DNA from: a virus
Direction: 5' to 3' (one strand)
IMG/VR virus record: IMGVR_UViG_3300027973_002292
Location: 32,001 to 96,000 of that record
DNA length: 64,000 nucleotides
In this document: positions 44,545-52,644 of the stretch, piece after piece
Layout: each line of letters opens with the position of its first letter
Position numbering within the stretch: position 1 is the stretch's first letter
Position numbers and translations under genes: made by a program
The notes under the pieces: model-generated
The model's input: only the letters and a program-made list of their open reading frames with translations
What the model was told of the DNA's origin: nothing
Databases searched by the model: none

Positions 44545-47500
44545 ATGCCAATAGCCCAAGGAACAATTCCTATATCTCAAGATGGCAGCGATCAGGGATC
44601 AACTTCTGATCCTATAGTTAAATTGCTTTTAAATGTAGACCTTAGCGAGGCTTCTGCTTTAAGTGAGATTATGGTTTATTGGGAGGTAAAAAATGCTATT
44701 AAAATTGAACTAATAGTCCAAAAGGTACAAAAAAATCTAACTTATGAAAAATACGATGATATAGGTTCACCTTCTGTTTACAATGTTACTGAATTATCTG
44801 AGTCGGGATATAAAGTAGTCTTAGATAGAGTGTATTCTACAAAAATTTCAATTAGTGCTACAAATTCAATAGGAACTGAAACAACTTGCGCTCCTCAAAT
44901 AATATACAATTCCAAAAGTAATAGCCCAAAAGTTGGCGCTATTTATAATTCAGCATCTGGATTTTCTATAGAAAGAGAAGCCAACACTTTTAATGTTGTA
45001 AAAGGAAAAATTACTTTAGATAAGGTCGAAAATTTTGACATTAAGCTTGTAACTTCTATTCAGCTTTTATATAAAAACGAAATAGCTTCTAGCTGGACGC
45101 CAATAACTTTAGATAGAGGATCAGCGTCAGTAAATGAAATTATAGATAACAATAAAGATGTTTCTGGATACTCTATTGTTTTTAACAAGATCAAAATTAA
45201 TGTTCCATCTATAGGGTCTGTTATTTTCTTTTTAGTTAAAACTACAGCTACTGGACTTGGGGATTATTTTAGCAAAGAGACGTTTTTATTTTTTGATTCG
45301 TTAGATTTGGAAAACTCTGCAAATCCAAGCAGCACTGTTCCAGATTTAACAATAAATCAAAAACAACCAGCAGCTTTGAGGTATGAAGTAAAATTAAAAA
45401 TATCAGAAACTTACAAACAATCAGAAAACTCAACCTATGTCAAAGGCTCAGAATCCGGAGTTTACGAGAATTCTTTTTTACATTTATTTTCAGATTTTGA
45501 AAAATTCAAAGGAAAAACTTCTTCTCAGGAAGCTATTGCGAATCTTTTTGCCAATGGAGAATACTTCACTGGATTTTATTACGAAGCCACTTCAAAGAAT
45601 TCTACTTCTAATAACTATAGAGGGTTGGTTTATCCAGCTTGCGTATCGGAAATATTACCGTGTATAAATATAACTAAAGACCAGTCTGGATTGAATGCTA
45701 GTGTTACTTTATTTTGGAAGATAATAGAAGATTTTTATGATTATAGTTTTTTAAATGATGAAATTAGGATTGCAACTACTGATCTACAAGTTTCAGTGCA
45801 ATACTATGATGGGTCAGCATATCAAACTATTTTAGCAGCTACGCCTTTAAAAATAGGCAATAAGAATAACTATAATATTGATGAAGATAAATTTGTTTTA
45901 ACACTTACAAGAAGTTCAATCAATCCGGCTTACTTGTCTCTATTTGATAAAATTTCTAATTTAGATAATAAAAATGCAAATCTTAAAATTAAAATAGAAA
46001 AACACAACGTCACTTGCTATTCTCCTTTTAGATCGGTTGATTATTCTTTTAATAATTTGCTGCTTCCTCCTAGATGGAGTTATCTTGTTTATGATGAGTT
46101 TATAAGATCAAGTTCAAGAGATTATTCAACTAATACAATTTCTTTTAATTTAGAAGATTACGCGTTAAGAGGAATTAGATTGCCAGATAGGGGATTCAGG
46201 GAATTTGATAAAATAGAAGGAATGAGTTATTTGGATGTTGATAATCAAGGAGGCTCGGCAATAGTAACTCAAACTGTAAAAGTTTTATATAAATTAACAT
46301 CAGAAACAAAAGCTTTTTACACAGACCCAATTAGAGAAGGAACAATAACTTATATTGATTTGCCGGTTAAGCCAGATGAGGTGTTTTTAATTGCTCCAAA
46401 AGTTCAGCTTCCAAACCCAAACATAGACTCAAATGGTAAGCTTGCAAAGGCGGAAGTTGTATTGAATGAGTATGGGAAAATATCTGGACTTAAAATAATA
46501 GATCCTGGTTATGGATATTCAATGTTTAAAACTGAAAACGATAAAAGAATTCAAGTTTTTAGCGATTTAAATCCAATAGTAAAATCTTCTTATAAAATTT
46601 TATCAACAAAAAGAACTGAGATTCCTGAATTTTTAAAACCAGTTAATAATTCTTTTAGCAGGCTAAAGGCTTCTTTATACGGAGGAAAACCACTAAGTCA
46701 AGTGGGCTCAAATAATGCGGTGCTAGACGATCAAGAGGCTAAGATACTGCAAGATTATTTAACAAGAAATAATATACAGCAGCAGAACGCAGCAGAACAA
46801 ACAAATGAAAATTCTGGATCGGCTTCAACATATATAAATACAAATTTGAACCCAGAAGACGAAACGTCTATCCTTAAGTTAGATCCGTTTTGGTATCAAA
46901 TCTCTAAACTATATGTCGACAAACACAATAATCCGTCAGAAAATGTTTCAATATACAATGAAGATACTGATGCCGCTGCTACAGAAATAGAAGACTCTAG
47001 TGTTTCAAGCTCTGTAAACAGCTCGTCGTCAGCAATAGAAGGCTCAGATGCTACAGTATTAAATGAAAATTTCACATCTACTGTAAAGGACGGTCAAACG
47101 TTCTCTTTAAGCAATCTAGACATTTATACAGATGCGAGCCCTGCAGTCTCAATATACGACACTGCCGCAGCGCCTCCTAGCTTAACTCTGCTCCCTCTTG
47201 AGTCGAGAGCGGATGGAGCACCAGCATACGGAGCTCTTCCAAATATGCTGCCAAGAGCTAATAGCTTTTTCAATAGATTAGTTGATGCAATAAACAATCT
47301 TAATGAAGTAAGGTTAATCCTTCCTATGGTTTGGTCTATTGATTCTCAAACACGGTCTTCTGACTATTATTTACAAGATACTGAAGAAGACAAAAATAAG
47401 ATTATTAATTTTAGTACAAGTGGATTTAAAAGCACCACTACTGGAAATTACAGTTATTATTTACCAGTGAATTCTGCTATTGGCGCTTCGGCCATAAGAT

Positions 47501-48030
47501 CAGTTGGAAGATCTTACTTGAAAACACAAGATTTGCCTCAAGGAATAACTACTGGTCCGGGGGTTTATATTAAATCAAGTGAATATGCAAGTTCTATTAG
47601 CTTTACTCCAATGATCCATCCTTGGATGGAAAAAGCTTTGCAAAGCTATTTTATAAGGGGTATCAATAAAAAATTCTTAGCTATAGAAACGAAGAGGATC
47701 TACTCCTGCTCTTCTTACGAGCCGTACCAAGAAAATGGAGTAGGGTTCATTTCTTGCAATGGAGTGTTTGGGGTTGGGGACACTTATCCAAGATCTATAC
47801 CTGCGAATACAAATGTTCCGGTAGACGTATCAAGCGAAACAAGAAATTTCAAATTCTTTTCGTATGGTACAGTATCGGAATCTCCGAGCGGAACAGCGTC
47901 AGCATTAGCTTTGCCAAATGGAATAAGAAACGGATATCAAGTTTTCTGCTCTGAAACTTGTGGAACTTTTACTAATACAACATTAGATTTTAAATATTCT
48001 CACTTATATCCTAGTACAATTAAAATATGA
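44545..48030 (+). CDS. Hypothetical virion protein, 1161 aa
   Basis: Contains APKVQL...AKAEVVLNEYGKISGLKIIDPGYGY (same repeat family as 26931-28334) and an acidic Ser-rich linker. Confidence 0.55.
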   Translation: MPIAQGTIPISQDGSDQGSTSDPIVKLLLNVDLSEASALSEIMVYWEVKNAIKIELIVQKVQKNLTYEKYDDIGSPSVYNVTELSESGYKVVLDRVYSTKISISATNSIGTETTCAPQIIYNSKSNSPKVGAIYNSASGFSIEREANTFNVVKGKITLDKVENFDIKLVTSIQLLYKNEIASSWTPITLDRGSASVNEIIDNNKDVSGYSIVFNKIKINVPSIGSVIFFLVKTTATGLGDYFSKETFLFFDSLDLENSANPSSTVPDLTINQKQPAALRYEVKLKISETYKQSENSTYVKGSESGVYENSFLHLFSDFEKFKGKTSSQEAIANLFANGEYFTGFYYEATSKNSTSNNYRGLVYPACVSEILPCINITKDQSGLNASVTLFWKIIEDFYDYSFLNDEIRIATTDLQVSVQYYDGSAYQTILAATPLKIGNKNNYNIDEDKFVLTLTRSSINPAYLSLFDKISNLDNKNANLKIKIEKHNVTCYSPFRSVDYSFNNLLLPPRWSYLVYDEFIRSSSRDYSTNTISFNLEDYALRGIRLPDRGFREFDKIEGMSYLDVDNQGGSAIVTQTVKVLYKLTSETKAFYTDPIREGTITYIDLPVKPDEVFLIAPKVQLPNPNIDSNGKLAKAEVVLNEYGKISGLKIIDPGYGYSMFKTENDKRIQVFSDLNPIVKSSYKILSTKRTEIPEFLKPVNNSFSRLKASLYGGKPLSQVGSNNAVLDDQEAKILQDYLTRNNIQQQNAAEQTNENSGSASTYINTNLNPEDETSILKLDPFWYQISKLYVDKHNNPSENVSIYNEDTDAAATEIEDSSVSSSVNSSSSAIEGSDATVLNENFTSTVKDGQTFSLSNLDIYTDASPAVSIYDTAAAPPSLTLLPLESRADGAPAYGALPNMLPRANSFFNRLVDAINNLNEVRLILPMVWSIDSQTRSSDYYLQDTEEDKNKIINFSTSGFKSTTTGNYSYYLPVNSAIGASAIRSVGRSYLKTQDLPQGITTGPGVYIKSSEYASSISFTPMIHPWMEKALQSYFIRGINKKFLAIETKRIYSCSSYEPYQENGVGFISCNGVFGVGDTYPRSIPANTNVPVDVSSETRNFKFFSYGTVSESPSGTASALALPNGIRNGYQVFCSETCGTFTNTTLDFKYSHLYPSTIKI

Positions 48031-48296
48031 ATCAAAATGATCTTTCATTTTCTAATTTAATGAAGGAAGGATTAAAAATTAGAAATAGCTTAGTCTCTTC
48101 GTCTAAAAAAGCAGCTTCAGCAATAATAAACAATGAAAAAATAACCTCTGATCCGAACAGTGCGGAAAAGAGGTTGTCGATTTGCAATAAATGCCCGAAA
48201 CTTTGCAAGCAAAGCGGCAGATGCGAGCTGTGTGGGTGCTTTGTTACTATTAAAGTAAAGCTAGATTTTGAAAGCTGCCCATCAGGAAAATGGTGA
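48027..48296 (+). CDS. Small Cys-rich putative metal-binding protein (DUF6171-like)
   Basis: RLSICNKC...RCELCGCF...K...SCPSGKW; ATGA overlap with the upstream gene. Confidence 0.7.
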   Translation: MNQNDLSFSNLMKEGLKIRNSLVSSSKKAASAIINNEKITSDPNSAEKRLSICNKCPKLCKQSGRCELCGCFVTIKVKLDFESCPSGKW

Positions 48297-49001
48297 TTAC
48301 TTTGCGGGAGTCTTTTTAATCCTGTCAATAAGTTCAAAAATCTTAGGCTTTGGAATCTCGGCTAAAGAAGTCATTTCATCGGCCTTGTCAATCTTATCCT
48401 TGACGAGGCGACGTTTTACATCGTCAAACGAGATGCCTTTCTCCTTCATTAAGCTCGCTAAAGCAGCAGTGGGAGACAGCGGATTTTCAACACCAAGGTC
48501 TTCTGGCAAAGATTTAGCGCCAATCTCTTCTTGACTAACAATGTTGATTTTCAAGAAGTTGCGAACGCATCTTACAAAAGCTCTGTTTTCCGCTATCGCA
48601 GCCAAATAATTGCGCGCAAAGCTTTGGGTGTTGTCTGGCGTTGCGTCTGCAAGAGATTGGAAAGACACCGCTTCGTTTGAAGTCTCGTAATTTCCTATCC
48701 AGTTTATATAACAACTTGCGATAACGTAATTTGGACCAGCCTCTGGCACATCGTAAGAAACGCATGTGAATCCTCTGATTTGAGCAAGCTCTTTTATGCC
48801 GCCGAGGAGAATCAGCAAATCTTTGTCTTCTAACTTTGTGATATCTGTTTCTTGGGTGCGCTGCTTATTTGGCACAAGAAACTCTGGGCGAATCATCTTA
48901 CGCCAATTAACATAACCGTCTTCATTAAAGACGTATGGAATAGGAGGGTTTTCTAGAAGACCAAACGTATTCCTTGAAAGGATTTTTGGAGGAGTACTCA
49001 T
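48297..49001 (-). CDS. Putative Rad52/Sak-like ssDNA annealing protein
   Basis: LLGGIKELAQIRGF...SLADA...AIAENRAFVRCVRNFL resembles the AET/SxAxxRA helix of Rad52-like recombinases; has its own promoter. Confidence 0.45.
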   Translation of the reverse strand: MSTPPKILSRNTFGLLENPPIPYVFNEDGYVNWRKMIRPEFLVPNKQRTQETDITKLEDKDLLILLGGIKELAQIRGFTCVSYDVPEAGPNYVIASCYINWIGNYETSNEAVSFQSLADATPDNTQSFARNYLAAIAENRAFVRCVRNFLKINIVSQEEIGAKSLPEDLGVENPLSPTAALASLMKEKGISFDDVKRRLVKDKIDKADEMTSLAEIPKPKIFELIDRIKKTPAK

Positions 49002-49008
49002 CGTGTGC

Positions 49009-49037
49009 AGTATGCATCAGAATCGCTCTTTGGTCAA
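49009..49037 (-). promoter_or_regulatory. Sigma70-type promoter, leaderless spacing
   Basis: TTGACC-N17-CATACT-N7-ATG(49001). Confidence 0.7.
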
Positions 49038-50177
49038 GAAATAAAATCCATCAGCTTCTTCTCGAAAAGAATCGTCTAGCTGCTCTGGCAAACTAAAGTC
49101 TGTATTTCTGATATCTTTTGAAGCTATATCGTGTTTTAAATGCCATCTACTTGCGTAAGTTTTACCAGATTTAATTATTATTTTATTTGTTTTGTAGTAG
49201 ACTTTAGACTTATCTAGACCGTCTAGAAAACTCAAGTTCAGCAAATTAAGTCTATTGATTTTTTTATAATGAAGATATTTGATTTTTTCTTGGCTCAAGT
49301 CTTCAGAGCTGAGATTAGTAATCAAATCATAATTAATATTTAAACTGTCTAAAGTAGCCAAAAATGAAGAGTCAGAATCTTTTTCGACCTTAAAAAAGAG
49401 TTTTTTTATTCTCTTCTTCATTGATAGAAGGATGTCTTTATTGATAGATCTATTGGTAACAATAGAGCAAGAAGAGTTCTTTAGTTGGCCATATAAATTT
49501 TCTTCAGAGAAAAACTTATCCATTCTAACTATTATCTCGTTATTGATTTGGGTCTGAGGTATTTTAAAATTGCAATCAGGAATAAGATCTATTGAAGGGA
49601 TAGCAAATACTTTACCAATACAAATAGTGTTATCAAAATTAAATTCTGAGCCGGGAAACATTCTCTTCAATATAAACGCCGCCACTTCTTCTGGCCTAAT
49701 ATTATTGATATAGTTTCCTAATGGATTTAAGAAACCTTTTCTTGGTTTTTCAGAATGAATGATTTGATCTTCTGAAGCTAGGCAATTATCTATAGAGTAA
49801 TCGTATTTTAATAGACACTGATCTACTCCATACTCGGAGCAAATTAAAGAATAAAGCTTTGAGCTTCCGCAAAAAAATTTAGCTCGTTTTAATAAATAAG
49901 TTTTTTCATTTAAAGATACTGTTTTGTCTATTACAATATGATCGAATTGGAATTTTTTATCTTCTATGAATTGAATTATTTTGATATTTTTCGCCTCCAT
50001 AAATGGAGTTATCAATTGAATAGTTCTATTCCAAAAAACATAATTAGAATTTTCATCTTCATTCTGAGTGTTTAGAATAATATAATCTGAAAAGCCAAGC
50101 GGAAAAAACTTGTCGTAGATGTACGCTTTTTCAGGAGTTATGCCTGTTGTAGCTGAGAAGGATTTTAATAAATTCAT
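49017..50177 (-). CDS. Degenerate GT9-like C-terminal domain plus unknown domain
   Basis: YIILNT...NYVFWNRTIQLI...SLNEKTYLLKRAKFFCGSS...NNIRPEEV follows the pattern of the second domain of heptosyltransferase-like GT9 enzymes. Confidence 0.5.
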   Translation of the reverse strand: MNLLKSFSATTGITPEKAYIYDKFFPLGFSDYIILNTQNEDENSNYVFWNRTIQLITPFMEAKNIKIIQFIEDKKFQFDHIVIDKTVSLNEKTYLLKRAKFFCGSSKLYSLICSEYGVDQCLLKYDYSIDNCLASEDQIIHSEKPRKGFLNPLGNYINNIRPEEVAAFILKRMFPGSEFNFDNTICIGKVFAIPSIDLIPDCNFKIPQTQINNEIIVRMDKFFSEENLYGQLKNSSCSIVTNRSINKDILLSMKKRIKKLFFKVEKDSDSSFLATLDSLNINYDLITNLSSEDLSQEKIKYLHYKKINRLNLLNLSFLDGLDKSKVYYKTNKIIIKSGKTYASRWHLKHDIASKDIRNTDFSLPEQLDDSFREEADGFYFLTKERF

Positions 50178-52039
50178 TTGAGAAAAACTGAATGATTATT
50201 ATTAAGGGAAAAATCGTCTAGAGAATAACATTCATAGAAATTATCCTTTAAAAATTCAAGATTTCTAAACTCTTTACCCTGAACTAAGATATCAGATACA
50301 TCACTGTTACCCAAGAAGATTTCTGAGGCGTCTTTATTTGTGAATACAAAAATTAGCTTATTTGAATATTTGTTTTTAATTCCTCTTATAATTTTAGTTG
50401 CTAAGAATACGTTTTCTTTAGCGGAATTTATAACTACTAATATTCTGTCATCTTTTTTGGATTCTCCGAAAATATCTTCAAAAGTCGTAGGCTTGAATTT
50501 TGACAACTCTTGCTTTGCCGTAGTTCTAAAGAAAGATATAATTGTTTGTTTAGACATGCCGTTTTCTAGCTTATTGACCCAATGTAATAAGCCTTCGTCA
50601 TCATGGCTAGTTTTTCTGCCTAAAATTTTATCGTAAAGAGCTTTTAGCCATAGCACCTTGTCTTGAATGTCTGGAATTTCGGCGTCTGGATTTACTGTTG
50701 GGGGTGGAGGCGGCTCATCTTTGTACTCAGCAAACGGGGCAGAGTCAATGAATTTCTCAATTTTACCACCAATGCTTTCTGTAGAAAAATTATCTATTGC
50801 CCATTTTCTTGCTAGCCTTCCAATTTTATCCCTCTGGTCTAAAGGCATATCGTAAACTATCTGTAGTTTTTCAGATATTGATTGAGGGTTAGTAGAGGCT
50901 TTGATAAATTCTGTGCCGAACTCTCTATACTCGCTCCAATCTAACGCATACGAATGAGCTTCTGGGCAGCACATTTCAGCGCCACAGCTATAATTAGTAA
51001 CTAAAGTAATTAATCCTGCCAGTTTAGCTTCTTGAATAGGAATTTCTTGGCCACCACTTGTGAATGGATGACAATAAACATCCATACAATTGTAGATTTC
51101 ATTTAATTGTTTTTCATTTACGCCATAAGAAACTCCAGTAGTGACGCTAGAACTATTAGTTTTGCAATAAGAGCAATTTAATTCAGGCCCAGCGAAATTT
51201 TTTATTTCATATCCTCTGCAAGCTTTGCAAACATAAGTGGTAAGAATATCAGAATTGTCTACTTCAGATTCTTTGCAGAGTTTTAAAATATTCCATCCCT
51301 CTTGCCAATGAGTGTGCAAGAGCAGTTTGGCTTTTATTTTTGGATTCTTGTCTTTAAAGATTTTAAATCCCTGAAGCAAATTAGGAACAGATTTTCTTAG
51401 TTGATTTCTAAATACAAATCCGATAATAAACTCATCATTAGATATGTTATTTTTTTGCCTTAAAGATTCTTTTTCCTCTGGTGGCAATGGTTTAAAATCT
51501 GAAACCTCAATGCATCCATGAACTGTTTTTACATGAGTATGCCCAAGCTCATGCATTCCTTTCTCCGCGAAATTAGACCATACCCAATAATTTTTGACAT
51601 TTGGAGCTTCTTTAACTGCTGATGGCAATAAAGGTAATGAATCAAGAGTGGTCCAAATAGCTGAAGTTATATTATTAAACCAAGGCTTAGAAATTACAAA
51701 ATCTACTCCCCAAAAATCTTGAGCAGTGATATAAACATCTGGTTTTTCTTCTTTAATTACCTTGTCTACTTCATAAGCTCCATAAGCGTAAAGGCGAGTT
51801 TTATCTGGAGAGCTATTGCAATCAATTTGTTCTTGGCCAGATACAGGAACAACGCCAAGGCTTTTCCAAGGAGTTCTTTCTAATTCCGGATGAGCTTTTG
51901 ATATCCCGCCAGCGATAGATACAATATCATATTTTCCAGTATTGAACAAATAAGAAAGAATGGCCTTGGTATTTCTACCAAAGCCAGTCTTAGACAATGC
52001 AAAGTCGCTGTGAAATACTAATTTCTTTTTTCTCACCAT
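50174..52039 (-). CDS. GT4-type (GT-B) glycosyltransferase with Zn-ribbon insert, DUF4214-like helical domain and GT9-like N-domain at the C-terminus
   Basis: KTGFGR, FIIGFVFRNQLRK and LNEIYNCMDVYCHPFTSGGQEIPIQEAKLAG; CKAC..CSYC; WLKALYDKILGR..DDEGLLHW; RILVVI...IKNKY. Confidence 0.75.
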   Translation of the reverse strand: MVRKKKLVFHSDFALSKTGFGRNTKAILSYLFNTGKYDIVSIAGGISKAHPELERTPWKSLGVVPVSGQEQIDCNSSPDKTRLYAYGAYEVDKVIKEEKPDVYITAQDFWGVDFVISKPWFNNITSAIWTTLDSLPLLPSAVKEAPNVKNYWVWSNFAEKGMHELGHTHVKTVHGCIEVSDFKPLPPEEKESLRQKNNISNDEFIIGFVFRNQLRKSVPNLLQGFKIFKDKNPKIKAKLLLHTHWQEGWNILKLCKESEVDNSDILTTYVCKACRGYEIKNFAGPELNCSYCKTNSSSVTTGVSYGVNEKQLNEIYNCMDVYCHPFTSGGQEIPIQEAKLAGLITLVTNYSCGAEMCCPEAHSYALDWSEYREFGTEFIKASTNPQSISEKLQIVYDMPLDQRDKIGRLARKWAIDNFSTESIGGKIEKFIDSAPFAEYKDEPPPPPTVNPDAEIPDIQDKVLWLKALYDKILGRKTSHDDEGLLHWVNKLENGMSKQTIISFFRTTAKQELSKFKPTTFEDIFGESKKDDRILVVINSAKENVFLATKIIRGIKNKYSNKLIFVFTNKDASEIFLGNSDVSDILVQGKEFRNLEFLKDNFYECYSLDDFSLNNNHSVFLK

Positions 52040-52608
52040 AGATCTTCATCCGACGATTCCTGCTTAGGAGCCTCCTCCTTTTTGGGGGTGGCTGCTTGAG
52101 GAATAGCGGCTGATCTATTATCTTGATCAAGCGAAGCCTTTTCAAAACTTTTCGCAAGAGCAAAGCAGAAGAATGACTCAAGGCGAGTACCTTCTCCGAA
52201 AGTGAATCCTATCAAGAAAGAAGTCTTGTCTTGAGCGTTTTCCTTACTCTCCTTAGACACTGAGAAAGAATATCCTACTTGAGCCGTCTTACTTGGATCA
52301 TCCTTAGTTGGGCGGACATAAGGTGAGAACTTGATTCTAGTTACTTGCTTAGCGGAGTCGTGAAACGCAGAGATCTCTCCATTGCGACGAACAGCAGAGA
52401 TAATATCAGCAGCTTCCGTAAGGCTAAGCTTTATCGAGCACGAAGCCTTTGGGTTTTGAGAGTTGCCAGCGAAAGATCCACGCTTTGCCTGCTCGTCCCA
52501 ACTAGCTTGTTTGATCATATTTACGAAAATACAGTCGTCCTTTGCAGAATATTTGAAGGAGCAACCACAGCCGGTGTTCTTGGAATTTGGTTTGTAGAAT
52601 TGAAGCAT
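52033..52608 (-). CDS. Putative single-stranded DNA-binding protein (Whirly/PC4-like)
   Basis: FYKP..K..G, IKLSLTEAADII and a second FTFGEG..L half, with an acidic tail ESSDEDLW; lies directly downstream of the polymerase. Confidence 0.5.
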   Translation of the reverse strand: MLQFYKPNSKNTGCGCSFKYSAKDDCIFVNMIKQASWDEQAKRGSFAGNSQNPKASCSIKLSLTEAADIISAVRRNGEISAFHDSAKQVTRIKFSPYVRPTKDDPSKTAQVGYSFSVSKESKENAQDKTSFLIGFTFGEGTRLESFFCFALAKSFEKASLDQDNRSAAIPQAATPKKEEAPKQESSDEDLW

Positions 52609-52615
52609 ACGTTAT

Positions 52616-52644
52616 ATGATTGACTCTTTACTCTTGATTGTCAA
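52616..52644 (-). promoter_or_regulatory. Sigma70-type promoter, leaderless spacing
   Basis: TTGACA-N17-AATCAT-N7-ATG(52608); the -10 box is imperfect. Confidence 0.55.
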
